NCBI RefSeq assembly: GCF_003019035.1
Contig: NZ_CP027447.1
Reading direction: 5' to 3' (one strand)
Length of the DNA: 64,000 nt
Source of the DNA: Escherichia coli
Lineage (GTDB): Bacteria; Pseudomonadota; Gammaproteobacteria; Enterobacterales; Enterobacteriaceae
A model generated the notes under the pieces. It was given only the letters and a program-made list of their open reading frames with translations, was not told the origin of the DNA and did not search any database. Shown here in pieces: positions 10,804 through 21,100 of this stretch (positions are counted from its first letter, which is position 1; every line of letters starts with the position of its first letter). Position numbers and translations under genes: made by a program.

Positions 10804-11623
10804 AAGGATAAATGGCGTTCTCTGTATTTATTCGCAATTATCTGTAGGACAAATATGGAGAGCTTGATGAGTCAGAGCTAAAACAGCAATTGATTAATAA
10901 ACATGTTGATTTATTCAAGAAAATGGATGTATTTTAAATATTGATTCTTAATATAACCTAATCAATAGATTATCACGTGAGAGCTGCACATTATTGGAGG
11001 GGCAGGGGAAAACACCATTTTGGGAACAATGCATCAGGTACTCTTACCACTGAAGCAAGATCATCCGGGCACCAGGTGGTGGTGCAGTGCTTTGGAAATG
11101 GTCCCCTCGGGGGAGTTGTCATTATTTTCTATGCTATTTGCTTATTATATTCATCAGGTGAATTTAATAAATTCCTAATTTGAAATATCCACTATTAAGC
11201 TAGTGTTTAACGACGTTAAGATGGCAATGTGCAGATCATGTTATCAGGGTGGGGCGGTAGCGTATATTCCTTATACAAACCATCATTCATTTCAATGATT
11301 GTTATTGAATTATTTATTGTTGTGAATAAAAAGACATTATGAATATTGGTTTGACTTTGCATATCAGGTTTTTTATTACTCGCTGTAATGTACGAGCCTG
11401 TCGTGAATAACGTCGAGAACCCATCCGTTGCGTTTGTGATTATTTTGTTGACTAAACAGACACCCGTTTCTCTGAAGTAAAATCCCAGACTAAATCATCA
11501 CATAACCATGACATTTTTCTGATATTCCCCGGTAACGCCAGATGTCGACTCGCTTATCTCATCCGCCCGACATGTTGTACATGCAATATGTGCGGATTAT
11601 TATTCATTTTCACGGAGGTTGCT

Positions 11624-13732
11624 ATGTCAACCGGATTACGTTTCACGCTGGAAGTGGACGGCCTGCCACCGGACGCGTTTGCGGTGGTTTCCTTTCATCT
11701 CACCCAGTCACTCTCTTCACTTTTTTCCCTTGACCTTTCTCTGGTCAGTCAGCAGTTTCTCTCCCTTGAATTTGCGCAGGTGCTGGACAAAATGGCCTAC
11801 CTGACGGTATGGCAGGGCGATGACGTACAGCGCCGGGTGAAAGGCGTGGTGACCTGGTTTGAACTCGGGGAGAACGACAAAAACCAGATGCTGTACAGCA
11901 TAAAGGTGCGCCCGCCGCTGTGGCGGGCAGGACTGCGTCAGAACTTCCGTATCTTCCAGAACGAGGACATCAGAAGCATCCTCGGCACCATACTGCAGGA
12001 AAATGACGTCACGGAGTGGAGTCCGCTGTTCAGCGAGCCGCATCCTTCCCGTGAGTTTTGTGTCCAGTACGGCGAAACCGATTACGATTTCCTGTGCCGG
12101 ATGGCGGCGGAGGAAGGCATCTTCTTTTATGAGGAGCACGCGCAAAAAAGTACCGACCAGAGCCTGGTCCTGTGCGACACCGTGCGTTATCTGCCGGAGT
12201 CCTTTGAGATCCCCTGGAATCCGAACACCCGTACCGAGGTGAGCACCCTATGCATCAGCCAGTTCCTCTACAGCGCACAAATCCGCCCATCTTCCGTGGT
12301 GACCAAAGACTACACCTTTAAACGACCCGGCTGGGCAGGGCGTTTTGATCAGGAAGGCCAGCACCAGGATTACCAGCGCACACAGTATGAAGTGTATGAC
12401 TACCCCGGACGTTTCAAGGGTGCCCACGGGCAGAACTTTGCCTGCTGGCAGATGGATGGCTGGCGAAACAACGCAGAAGTGGCGCGCGGAACAAGCCGTT
12501 CGCCGGAGATATGGCCGGGACGGCGAATTGCGCTGACGGGGCATCCGCAGGCGAACCTGAACCGGGAATGGCAGGTGGTGGCAAGTGAACTGCACGGCGA
12601 GCAGCCGCAGGCGGTGCCGGGACGCAGTGGTTCAGGTACCACGCTGAATAACCACTTTGCGGTAATACCGGCAGACAGAACATGGCGGCCACAGCCGTTG
12701 CTGAAACCGCTGGTGGACGGCCCGCAGAGCGCCGTCGTGACGGGACCGGCAGGAGAAGAAATCTTCTGTGATGAACATGGCCGCGTGCGGGTGAAATTTA
12801 ACTGGGACCGTTATAACCCGTCAAACCAGGACAGTTCATGCTGGATCCGTGTGGCACAGGCGTGGGCAGGCACCGGGTTTGGTAACCTGGCGATACCGCG
12901 TGTGGGTCAGGAGGTCATTGTGGACTTCCTCAACGGCGATCCGGACCAGCCGATTATTATGGGGCGCACCTACCACCAGGAAAACCGCACCCCCGGCAGC
13001 CTGCCGGGAACAAAGACGCAAATGACCATTCGTTCAAAAACCTATAAGGGCAGCGGGTTTAATGAACTGAAGTTTGACGATGCGACAGGGAAAGAACAGG
13101 TCTACATCCACGCGCAGAAGAACATGAACACCGAGGTGCTGAATAACCGCACCACGGATGTGATAAACAACCATGCTGAGACCATCGGCAACAATCAGGT
13201 GATTGCGGTTACCAACAATCAGATACAGACGGTGGGCGTTAACCAGATAGAGACGGTGGGCAGTAACCAGATCATTAAAGTGGGCTCTGTTCAGGTGGAA
13301 ACGATTGGACTTGTTCGTGCGCTGACTGTGGGCGTGGCGTATCAGACGACGGTAGGTGGCATTATGAACACCTCGGTGGCCCTGATGCAGTCCTCGCAGA
13401 TCGGTTTGCATAAATCGTTGATGGTCGGGCTGGGTTATGACGTCAAAGTCGGAAATAACGTTACCTTCACCGTTGGTAAAACGAAAAAGGATGATACCGG
13501 GCAGACCGCGATTTACTCCGCCGGTGAGCATCTGGAACTCTGCTGTGGTAAGGCAAGGCTGGTGCTGACTAAGGACGGACAAATTTTTCTCAACGGCACA
13601 AAAATTCATTTGCAGGGTAAGGAGCAGGTTAATGGTGACTCACTGTTGATTAACTGGAACTGTGCAGCCTCGAAATCCCCACCGAAGACCCCTGATGAAA
13701 AGCAGGATACGCCGGATATGAGAGAGTACTGA
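11624..13732 (+). CDS. vgrG: Type VI secretion spike protein VgrG, 702 aa
   Basis: ATG at 11624 with GGAGG ribosome-binding site; gp27/gp5-like VgrG sequence (…VDFLNGDPDQPIIMGRTYHQEN…); followed 66 nt later by an rhs start. Confidence 0.85.
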   Translation: MSTGLRFTLEVDGLPPDAFAVVSFHLTQSLSSLFSLDLSLVSQQFLSLEFAQVLDKMAYLTVWQGDDVQRRVKGVVTWFELGENDKNQMLYSIKVRPPLWRAGLRQNFRIFQNEDIRSILGTILQENDVTEWSPLFSEPHPSREFCVQYGETDYDFLCRMAAEEGIFFYEEHAQKSTDQSLVLCDTVRYLPESFEIPWNPNTRTEVSTLCISQFLYSAQIRPSSVVTKDYTFKRPGWAGRFDQEGQHQDYQRTQYEVYDYPGRFKGAHGQNFACWQMDGWRNNAEVARGTSRSPEIWPGRRIALTGHPQANLNREWQVVASELHGEQPQAVPGRSGSGTTLNNHFAVIPADRTWRPQPLLKPLVDGPQSAVVTGPAGEEIFCDEHGRVRVKFNWDRYNPSNQDSSCWIRVAQAWAGTGFGNLAIPRVGQEVIVDFLNGDPDQPIIMGRTYHQENRTPGSLPGTKTQMTIRSKTYKGSGFNELKFDDATGKEQVYIHAQKNMNTEVLNNRTTDVINNHAETIGNNQVIAVTNNQIQTVGVNQIETVGSNQIIKVGSVQVETIGLVRALTVGVAYQTTVGGIMNTSVALMQSSQIGLHKSLMVGLGYDVKVGNNVTFTVGKTKKDDTGQTAIYSAGEHLELCCGKARLVLTKDGQIFLNGTKIHLQGKEQVNGDSLLINWNCAASKSPPKTPDEKQDTPDMREY

Positions 13733-13798
13733 TCCCGTACCTGTTCAGTATTCAGTAACAAACAAGCATTAAAAATAAACAGAAGAAGGAATTGAATC

Positions 13799-13815
13799 AT
13801 GAGCGGAAAACCAGC
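13799..13815 (+). pseudogene. rhs start stub (ATG plus 14 nt) cut off by the H-repeat element
   Basis: atgagcggaaaaccagc matches the first 17 nt of the full-length rhs at 21550 (atgagcggaaaacccgc) at 15 of 17 positions; sits at the usual distance after the vgrG stop. Confidence 0.45.
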
Positions 13816-15106
13816 CAGGGAAAGATCATCAGAAGTACACTTTTTGTACTAAACAATTCGCATTTTATGTTTAAAAATTGAGATATTCCTCATTACCTGA
13901 AGCTGTTTTTTATTGCTTATACATGATCAAATACTCCTTACATAATTAAGGAGAACAAAATGGAACTTAAAAAATTGATGGAGCATATTTCTATTATCCC
14001 CGATTACAGACAAGCCTGGAAAGTGGAACATAAATTATCGGACATTCTACTGTTGACTATTTGTGCCGTTATTTCTGGTGCAGAAGGCTGGGAAGATATA
14101 GAGGATTTTGGGGAAACACATCTCGATTTTTTGAAGCAATATGGTGATTTTGAAAATGGTATTCCTGTTCACGATACCATTGCCAGAGTTGTATCCTGTA
14201 TCAGTCCTGCAAAATTTCACGAGTGCTTTATTAACTGGATGCGTGACTGCCATTCTTCAGATGATAAAGGCGTCATTGCAATTGATGGAAAAACGCTCCG
14301 GCACTCTTATGACAAGAGTCGCCGCAGGGGAGCGATTCATGTCATTAGTGCGTTCTCAACAATGCACAGTCTGGTCATCGGACAGATCAAGACGGATGAG
14401 AAATCCAATGAGATTACAGCTATCCCAGAACTTCTTAACATGCTGGATATTAAAGGAAAAATCATCACAACTGATGCGATGGGTTGCCAGAAAGATATTG
14501 CAGAGAAGATACAAAAACAGGGAGGTGATTATTTATTCGCTGTAAAAGGAAATCAGGGGCGGCTTAATAAAGCCTTTGAGGAAAAATTTCCACTGAAAGA
14601 ATTAAATAATCCAGAGCATGACAGTTACGCAATGAGTGAAAAGAGTCACGGCAGAGAAGAAATCCGTCTTCACATTGTTTGCGATGTCCCTGATGAACTT
14701 ATTGATTTCACGTTTGAATGGAAAGGTCTGAAGAAATTATGCGTGGCAGTCTCCTTTCGGTCAATAATAGCAGAACAAAAGAAAGAGCCAGAAATGACGG
14801 TCAGATATTATATCAGTTCTGCTGATTTAACCGCAGAGAAGTTCGCCACAGCAATCCGAAACCACTGGCACGTGGAGAATAAGCTGCACTGGCGTCTGGA
14901 CGTGGTAATGAATGAAGACGACTGCAAAATAAGAAGAGGAAACGCCGCAGAATTATTTTCAGGGATACGGCACATCGCTATTAATATTTTAACGAATGAT
15001 AAGGTATTCAAGGCAGGGTTAAGACGTAAGATGCGAAAAGCTGCCATGGACAGAAACTATCTCGCGTCAGTCCTTGCGGGGAGCGGGCTTTCGTAATCTT
15101 TCCCTG
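13816..15106 (+). mobile_element. H-repeat (ISAs1-family) insertion sequence, copy 1, about 1291 bp
   Basis: Terminal inverted repeats cagggaaagat… (13816) and …atctttccctg (ending 15106); encloses the transposase gene. Confidence 0.75.
13960..15096 (+). CDS. H-repeat-associated (ISAs1-family) transposase, 378 aa
   Basis: Track ORF; about 99% identical to the ORFs at 18738..19874 and 26492..27628. Confidence 0.85.
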   Translation: MELKKLMEHISIIPDYRQAWKVEHKLSDILLLTICAVISGAEGWEDIEDFGETHLDFLKQYGDFENGIPVHDTIARVVSCISPAKFHECFINWMRDCHSSDDKGVIAIDGKTLRHSYDKSRRRGAIHVISAFSTMHSLVIGQIKTDEKSNEITAIPELLNMLDIKGKIITTDAMGCQKDIAEKIQKQGGDYLFAVKGNQGRLNKAFEEKFPLKELNNPEHDSYAMSEKSHGREEIRLHIVCDVPDELIDFTFEWKGLKKLCVAVSFRSIIAEQKKEPEMTVRYYISSADLTAEKFATAIRNHWHVENKLHWRLDVVMNEDDCKIRRGNAAELFSGIRHIAINILTNDKVFKAGLRRKMRKAAMDRNYLASVLAGSGLS

Positions 15107-16889
15107 GCTGCTGGAGTTCACGCGCGACCGCCTGCACCGGGAGACGGTGCGCAGCTTCGGCAGCATGGCAGGCAGTAATGCCGCATACGAACTGACCAGC
15201 ACATACACCCCCGCAGGCCAGTTACAGAGCCAGCACCTGAACAGCCTGGTATATGACCGTGACTACGGGTGGAGTGACAACGGCGACCTGGTGCGCATCA
15301 GCGGCCCGCGACAGACGCGGGAATACGGCTACAGCGCCACGGGCAGGCTGGAGAGTGTGCGCACCCTCGCACCGGACCTGGACATCCGCATCCCGTATGC
15401 CACGGACCCGGCGGGCAACCGGCTGCCGGACCCGGAGCTGCACCCGGACAGTACACTCACAGTGTGGCCGGATAACCGAATCACCGAAGACGCGCACTAC
15501 CTGTACCGTTACGATGAATACGGCAGGCTGACGGAGAAGACGGACCGCATCCCGGCGGGTGTGATACGGACGGACGACGAGCGGACCCACCACTACCGCT
15601 ACGACAGCCAGCACCGCCTGGTGTTCCACACGCGGATACAGCATGGCGAGCCACTGGTCGAGAGCCGCTACCTCTACGACCCGCTGGGACGGCGAATGGC
15701 AAAACGGGTCTGGCGGCGGGAGCGTGACCTGACGGGGTGGATGTCGCTGTCGCGTAAACCGGAGGAGACATGGTACGGGTGGGACGGCGACAGGCTGACG
15801 ACGGTGCAGACTGACACCACACGTATCCAGACGGTCTACCAGCCGGGGAGCTTCACGCCGCTCATCCGTATCGAGACAGAGAACGGCGAACGGGAGAAAA
15901 TGCAACGCCGCAGCCTGGCGGAGAAGTTACAGTCGGAAGGGAGTGAGGACGGTCACGGTGTGGTGTTCCCGGCTGAGCTGGTGAGGATGCTGGACAGGCT
16001 GGAGGAAGAAATCCGGGCAGACCGCGTGAGCAGTGAAAGCCGGGCGTGGCTTGCGCAGTGCGGGCTGACGGTGGAGCAACTGGCCAGACAGGTGGAGCCG
16101 GAATACACACCGGCGCGAAAAGTTCATTTTTACCACTGCGACCACCGGGGCCTGCCGCTGGCGCTCATCAGCGAAGACGGCAATACGGTGTGGAGCGGGG
16201 AGTATGATGAATGGGGCAACCAGCTTAATGAGGAGAACCCGCATCATGTGTATCAGCCATACCGCCTGCCGGGGCAGCAGTATGATGAGGAGTCGGGGCT
16301 GTACTATAACCGCAACCGGTACTATGATCCGTTGCAGGGGAGGTATATTACCCAGGATCCGATTGGGCCGGTGGGGGGGTGGAATCCCTATAGTTATGTG
16401 CTTATTAATCCAGCCCAGTTTATTGACCCAACAGGTTTAACTCAAGAGGACAATTGGACCTATGGTGAGGTAGGTAATAGCTGTGTTACGAGTCAACGCG
16501 ATTTTACTCCCCCGCCCGGACTTGCGGATATGAAAGCCAGCATTGGCGCTGCCTGCTCAAGAAACAATGCTTCCAGAAACTGCCACCCCGTAGATGGTAG
16601 TAATGCTTCTGCACCATCGGATAAAGCCGCATGGGAAAATATTCAAAATGCGACAAATGGTAAAGATTTATCTGGTGGTGGAAATATGTTTTGTGTAGGA
16701 AATGAGGACTGTGCGGTTGTTCATAGCTGTCGTGAAATAGTTAATGCTCGACACCCGGCAGGACGAGTGCGTGAACGTGTAACTCCGTTAACAACGTCAG
16801 GAACAGCAACGCTCAATGGAACAACAGTTTACTTTTATAATGATCCCCGGAATGGCAATTGTCCTGCTCACGAATATATTCCTCAATAA
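15107..16889 (+). pseudogene. N-terminally truncated rhs: 3' core (YD repeats) plus a distinct Cys-rich C-terminal tip
   Basis: Near-identical at nucleotide level to 23994..25260 of the full-length rhs; track ORF 15147..16889; tip after the DPxGL-type core boundary (…IDPTGL) is unrelated to the full-length tip. Confidence 0.75.
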
Positions 16890-16939
16890 AGAAAAGTGGC
16901 CAGACTAAGCTCTAGCCACATTTTTTGGAGATCCTTTTC

Positions 16940-17563
16940 ATGAAAAGGTTTTTTATAACATGTTGCGTTATGACATTATTTTTATTTGTTAAATGTAAAG
17001 CAGCGTGTGTAACTTCCTTATATGAGGTTCAGCAATCGCTCTTTACATACATTTATTTGATTAGACAAGACCCTGTTCATTTTGATTCATATATTAAGAA
17101 TGTGCATAACGAATTAAAAATATTCCATGATATTGATAAAGCAATGAATATAGCCTCAGATATGGTCAAAATTATTGATATAAAGACCCGTTTATCATTT
17201 AATAATGATTTATATATATTACAAGGGGAACGACAGTATGCAATAGTTAAGAGTGAAGGGGAAAGTAGTCAATTAAAATCATCAGCATTTATCATATCTA
17301 ATTACCCACTATTTAAAAACAAAGTTCTGTTAATTTTATCCGCTACTAGTCCCGTTCAGTTGGTTATATTGTCTTTTGATCAATGTCTTAATGTGGAGGT
17401 GTTATTTGATTCAATGTCTCCAGTTTTCGCTAAGTATAGAGAAGATATTAGTGCAACATTACCATTATGGAAGGTTATTTTGACAAAAAATGATATAGAA
17501 TTATATGAGTACCATAGAACAAATCCATACTCACTTAACAAATTATTGAGCATGTCAAAATAA
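16940..17563 (+). CDS. Putative cognate immunity protein with signal peptide, about 207 aa
   Basis: ATG at 16940 with GGAG ribosome-binding site; AT-rich; directly downstream of the rhs tip; N-terminal hydrophobic signal-like segment. Confidence 0.55.
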   Translation: MKRFFITCCVMTLFLFVKCKAACVTSLYEVQQSLFTYIYLIRQDPVHFDSYIKNVHNELKIFHDIDKAMNIASDMVKIIDIKTRLSFNNDLYILQGERQYAIVKSEGESSQLKSSAFIISNYPLFKNKVLLILSATSPVQLVILSFDQCLNVEVLFDSMSPVFAKYREDISATLPLWKVILTKNDIELYEYHRTNPYSLNKLLSMSK

Positions 17564-17743
17564 CGGTCAAGTATTCAACGTTGTAATATTATTCCTTTTG
17601 CTGAGTGTCTCGAACGGCTAAAGTTGACGTAAAATGCCACGTTTTGTGGGCAAACCGAATCGGTTAAAAAGCATGGTCCGGGAAAAGCTTAACATCAGCG
17701 CTATCGGTGCCAAATGTGCAGCAGGCCTTTCCAGCCTGATTAC

Positions 17744-18004
17744 CAGGGCAGGGCGGGATCGTGAATATTGTGATGCATATCACATGAACTCCTGGTTTTA
17801 ACTTATTATTTCGGTTAAAATTTAACCACTGAAATCATTAGGATTCGAGCAAAGGGACGGCATATGGATATTCAAAATTTACTGGATTATATTTCTATAA
17901 TTCCTGATTATCGTCAGCAAGGGAAAATAAGGCATAAATTGTCAGATATTTTATTGCTCACTATATGTGCTATTATTGCCGGTTCTGATGAATGGGAGGA
18001 TATT
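17744..18004 (+). mobile_element. Remnant A of an ISAs1-family element (left end plus 5' transposase), interrupted by remnant B
   Basis: IR-like end cagggcagggcgggatcgtg at 17744; transposase N-terminus [21 protein letters not shown]… from 17864. Confidence 0.5.
17864..18004 (+). pseudogene. ISAs1-family transposase 5' fragment (about 46 codons)
   Basis: Homologous to the N-terminus of the intact H-repeat transposases; ends where the next element's end begins. Confidence 0.5.
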
Positions 18005-18593
18005 CAGGGCAAGATCATGAAAATCGTGATGTAAATCACAATTTTCAACCTGGCTTTAACTCCTTCAGGAGATTAAAATTTAACCTATGGAATAACTAAA
18101 AAGATAAAAAAGGACGCCAGATGAGTATTCAAAGTTTGCTTGATTATATTTCAGTGTTCCCTGATATACGACAACAAGGAAAGGTTAAACATAAATTATC
18201 TGATATTTTGTTTCTCACCGTATGTGCAGTAATTGCAGGTGCCGATGAGTGGCAGGAAATTGAAGATTTTGGACATGAAAGACTGGAATGGCTAAAGAAA
18301 TATGGTGATTTTGATAATGGCATTCCGGTCGATGACACCATTGCACGCGTTGTGAGTAACATTGACAGTTTGGCCTTTGAAAAGATGTTTATTGAATGGA
18401 TGCAGGAGTGCCATGAAATCACTGATGGTGAAATTATAGCAATAGATGGAAAGACCATAAGAGGCTCCTTTGATAAGGGAAAAAGGAAAGGAGCAATCCA
18501 TATGGTGAGTGCATTCTCGACTGAAAATGGTGTTGTACTGGGGCAGGTGAAAACGGAAGCCAAAAGTAATGAGATTACAGCCATTCCAGAGTT
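18005..18593 (+). mobile_element. Remnant B of an ISAs1-family element, interrupted by intact copy 2
   Basis: IR-like end cagggcaagatcatgaaaatcg at 18005; transposase 5' ORF from 18121; homology stops at 18593 where copy 2 IR-L begins. Confidence 0.55.
18121..18593 (+). pseudogene. ISAs1-family transposase N-terminal fragment (about 158 codons, divergent paralog)
   Basis: Track ORF 18121..18630 reads through into the next element's end; roughly 60-70% identical by eye to the intact H-repeat transposase. Confidence 0.6.
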
Positions 18594-19884
18594 CAGGGAA
18601 AGATCATCAGAAGTACACTTTTTGTACTAAACAATTCGCATTTTATGTTTAAAAATTGAGATATTCCTCATTACCTGAAGCTGTTTTTTATTGCTTATAC
18701 ATGATCAAATACTCCTTACATAATTAAGGAGAACAAAATGGAACTTAAAAAATTGATGGAACATATTTCTATTATCCCCGATTACAGACAAGCCTGGAAA
18801 GTGGAACATAAATTATCGGATATTCTACTGTTGACTATTTGTGCCGTTATTTCGGGTGCAGAAGGCTGGGAAGATATAGAGGATTTTGGGGAAACACATC
18901 TCGATTTTTTGAAGCAATATGGTGATTTTGATAATGGTATTCCTGTTCACGATACCATTGCCAGAGTTGTATCCTGTATCAGTCCTGCAAAATTTCACGA
19001 GTGCTTTATTAACTGGATGCGTGACTGCCATTCTTCAGATGATAAAGACGTCATCGCAATTGATGGAAAAACACTCCGGCATTCTTATGACAAGAGTCGC
19101 CGCAGGGGAGCGATTCATGTCATTAGTGCGTTCTCAACAATGCACAGTCTGGTCATCGGACAGATCAGGACGGATGAGAAATCCAATGAGATCACAGCTA
19201 TCCCTGAACTTCTTAACATGCTGGATATTAAAGGAAAAATTATCACAACTGATGCAATGGGTTGCCAGAAAGATATTGCAGAGAAGATACAAAAACAGGG
19301 CGGTGATTATTTATTCGCTGTAAAAGGAAATCAGGGTCGGCTAAATAAAGCCTTTGAGGAAAAATTCCCACTGAAAGAATTAAATAATCCAGAACATGAC
19401 AGTTACGCAATGAGTGAAAAGAGTCACGGCAGAGAAGAAATCCGTCTTCACATTGTTTGCGATGTCCCTGATGAACTTATTGATTTCACGTTTGAATGGA
19501 AAGGTCTGAAGAAATTATGCGTGGCAGTCTCCTTTCGGTCAATAATAGCAGAACAAAAGAAAGAGCCAGAAATGACGGTCAGATATTATATCAGTTCTGC
19601 TGATTTAACCGCAGAGAAGTTCGCCACAGCAATCCGAAACCACTGGCACGTGGAGAATAAGCTGCACTGGCGTCTGGACGTGGTAATGAATGAAGACGAC
19701 TGCAAAATAAGAAGAGGAAACGCCGCAGAATTATTTTCAGGGATACGGCACATCGCTATTAATATTTTGACGAATGATAAGGTATTCAAGGCAGGGTTAA
19801 GACGTAAGATGCGAAAAGCTGCCATGGACAGAAACTATCTCGCGTCAGTCCTTGCGGGGAGCGGGCTTTCGTAATCTTGCCCTG
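18594..19884 (+). mobile_element. H-repeat (ISAs1-family) insertion sequence, copy 2, about 1291 bp
   Basis: IR-L cagggaaagatcatcag at 18594; IR-R …atcttgccctg ending 19884; same length as copy 1. Confidence 0.75.
18738..19874 (+). CDS. H-repeat-associated (ISAs1-family) transposase, 378 aa
   Basis: Track ORF; near-identical to copies 1 and 3. Confidence 0.85.
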   Translation: MELKKLMEHISIIPDYRQAWKVEHKLSDILLLTICAVISGAEGWEDIEDFGETHLDFLKQYGDFDNGIPVHDTIARVVSCISPAKFHECFINWMRDCHSSDDKDVIAIDGKTLRHSYDKSRRRGAIHVISAFSTMHSLVIGQIRTDEKSNEITAIPELLNMLDIKGKIITTDAMGCQKDIAEKIQKQGGDYLFAVKGNQGRLNKAFEEKFPLKELNNPEHDSYAMSEKSHGREEIRLHIVCDVPDELIDFTFEWKGLKKLCVAVSFRSIIAEQKKEPEMTVRYYISSADLTAEKFATAIRNHWHVENKLHWRLDVVMNEDDCKIRRGNAAELFSGIRHIAINILTNDKVFKAGLRRKMRKAAMDRNYLASVLAGSGLS

Positions 19885-19896
19885 CTTTGTAATGGT

Positions 19897-20079
19897 ATGG
19901 CAGGAGGATATGAATTTGCAGTAAGTAAATTTGGTCAGTCGGCCTATGATGCCGCACAGGAAAAAGCATTAAATAACTATATGGAATTTGAAATGTTAGA
20001 TTTATTACAAAGCATGGGAGAGAATGTCAATCCAGATGAATATAAGCAGGCGCATGATAGAGTTGTTAATCCAAATTGA
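19897..20079 (+). CDS. Small hypothetical protein, about 60 aa, possibly a toxin-tip remnant
   Basis: ATG at 19897 just after copy 2 IR-R; track ORF 19852..20079 starts inside the insertion sequence; ends 15 nt before the next gene's ATG. Confidence 0.3.
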   Translation: MAGGYEFAVSKFGQSAYDAAQEKALNNYMEFEMLDLLQSMGENVNPDEYKQAHDRVVNPN

Positions 20080-20093
20080 ATGCAGAGGGGAGT

Positions 20094-20657
20094 ATGTTAT
20101 TAAAACTGATAATGTTATTTTCAATATTTTTTATCCCGTTTTTGGCAGGTTGCAGTATGTTTGATGATGTTTTTGAGAAAAACTACTCATTGAGTTCTGT
20201 CGCCAGTTTTCCAGATGACGTTGATGAATTAAAAGAAATATGGTTTTTTTGTGAAAGATGTTTAAGTGATGAGCAGTGCGAAAATCATGACATTAAACAA
20301 TGTAGAGATGTAACTATTCCCGGTAGAGATGAAGCATTAAGTAAAGCTGTAGGCAGAGCCAATGTCGAAGCTGTTTACTTTCTTGTTGATGTGGCAAAAA
20401 CTGATGTCAATGGTATTACAGGTAAATATAAGGAAACACCATTAATTATTGCTGCATATTATGGAACTCAAGCACATCAGGATATAGCTGAATTTTTGCT
20501 ATTGCATGGGGCAGATATTAATAAAACTTACCCAGCCATTGGGCGAAATCCTCTAGGTGTCGCCAGATGGAAGCATAATGTCGATTTCGTTAATTTTCTA
20601 CTGAAGCATGGTGCTGAACCAGCAGTACATATGGGGTCGATTGAGAATAAAGAGTGA
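20094..20657 (+). CDS. Ankyrin-repeat lipoprotein, about 187 aa, immunity-like
   Basis: ATG at 20094 with GAGGGGA ribosome-binding site; lipobox FLAGC; ankyrin repeats (…TPLIIAAYYG…LLLHGADIN…). Confidence 0.6.
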   Translation: MLLKLIMLFSIFFIPFLAGCSMFDDVFEKNYSLSSVASFPDDVDELKEIWFFCERCLSDEQCENHDIKQCRDVTIPGRDEALSKAVGRANVEAVYFLVDVAKTDVNGITGKYKETPLIIAAYYGTQAHQDIAEFLLLHGADINKTYPAIGRNPLGVARWKHNVDFVNFLLKHGAEPAVHMGSIENKE

Positions 20658-21100
20658 GATTTAACAAAAATGCAATTCATGCTCTCGCCTTGGGTGACGG
20701 TATTGATACTGCTTTTAAGTGTTCAGGAAAAATGGAAAGTGGTAAACCCTTAAAATCTTCGGGCAAATGGGATTACTCTGTTGGTGGGACAAATGGTGCC
20801 TTTCTTTATCTTAAAGACTATTCAAATATTTTGACGGCTGGCCACACAGGAAATCTGGCAGTTACTTTTCTTGGAAGTTACAATGCTCAATATTCAATAA
20901 ACGGAAACTCTCTGGATGTAGTTGTAACAAATTCTTCAACGATACAATCAGCGACACATCCCCCAATCCTGGAGTATACAAAATGGTGGCAGGATAATAT
21001 TGGTAATCCTTTGGATAGAAAATTTCAAAAAGGTCCCACGTCCCCAAAAACACAAACCATAAATTTACACTTTGATTTGTCATGTGCGTGCAAAAAATGA
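20654..21100 (+). CDS. Hypothetical protein, 148 aa, no signal peptide
   Basis: Track ORF with GTG start overlapping the upstream stop (GTGA) and stop overlapping the downstream ATG; no recognisable domain. Confidence 0.35.
   Translation: MRFNKNAIHALALGDGIDTAFKCSGKMESGKPLKSSGKWDYSVGGTNGAFLYLKDYSNILTAGHTGNLAVTFLGSYNAQYSINGNSLDVVVTNSSTIQSATHPPILEYTKWWQDNIGNPLDRKFQKGPTSPKTQTINLHFDLSCACKK

Noticed and set aside
10977-11183. 68-aa ORF in the vgrG upstream intergenic region
   Set aside because: No ribosome-binding site, AT-rich context, glycine-rich low-complexity product; more likely non-coding leader.
13034-13609. 191-aa minus-strand ORF
   Set aside because: Antisense within vgrG.
15222-16247. 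Minus-strand ORFs (227, 113, 106 aa) inside the truncated rhs
   Set aside because: Antisense to rhs core; Pro/Arg/Ala-rich translations characteristic of GC-rich antisense frames.
18121-18630. 169-aa ORF as a functional transposase
   Set aside because: It is the N-terminal part of a divergent H-repeat transposase truncated at the insertion point of copy 2 (18594); the last 12 codons are read through into the next element's inverted repeat.
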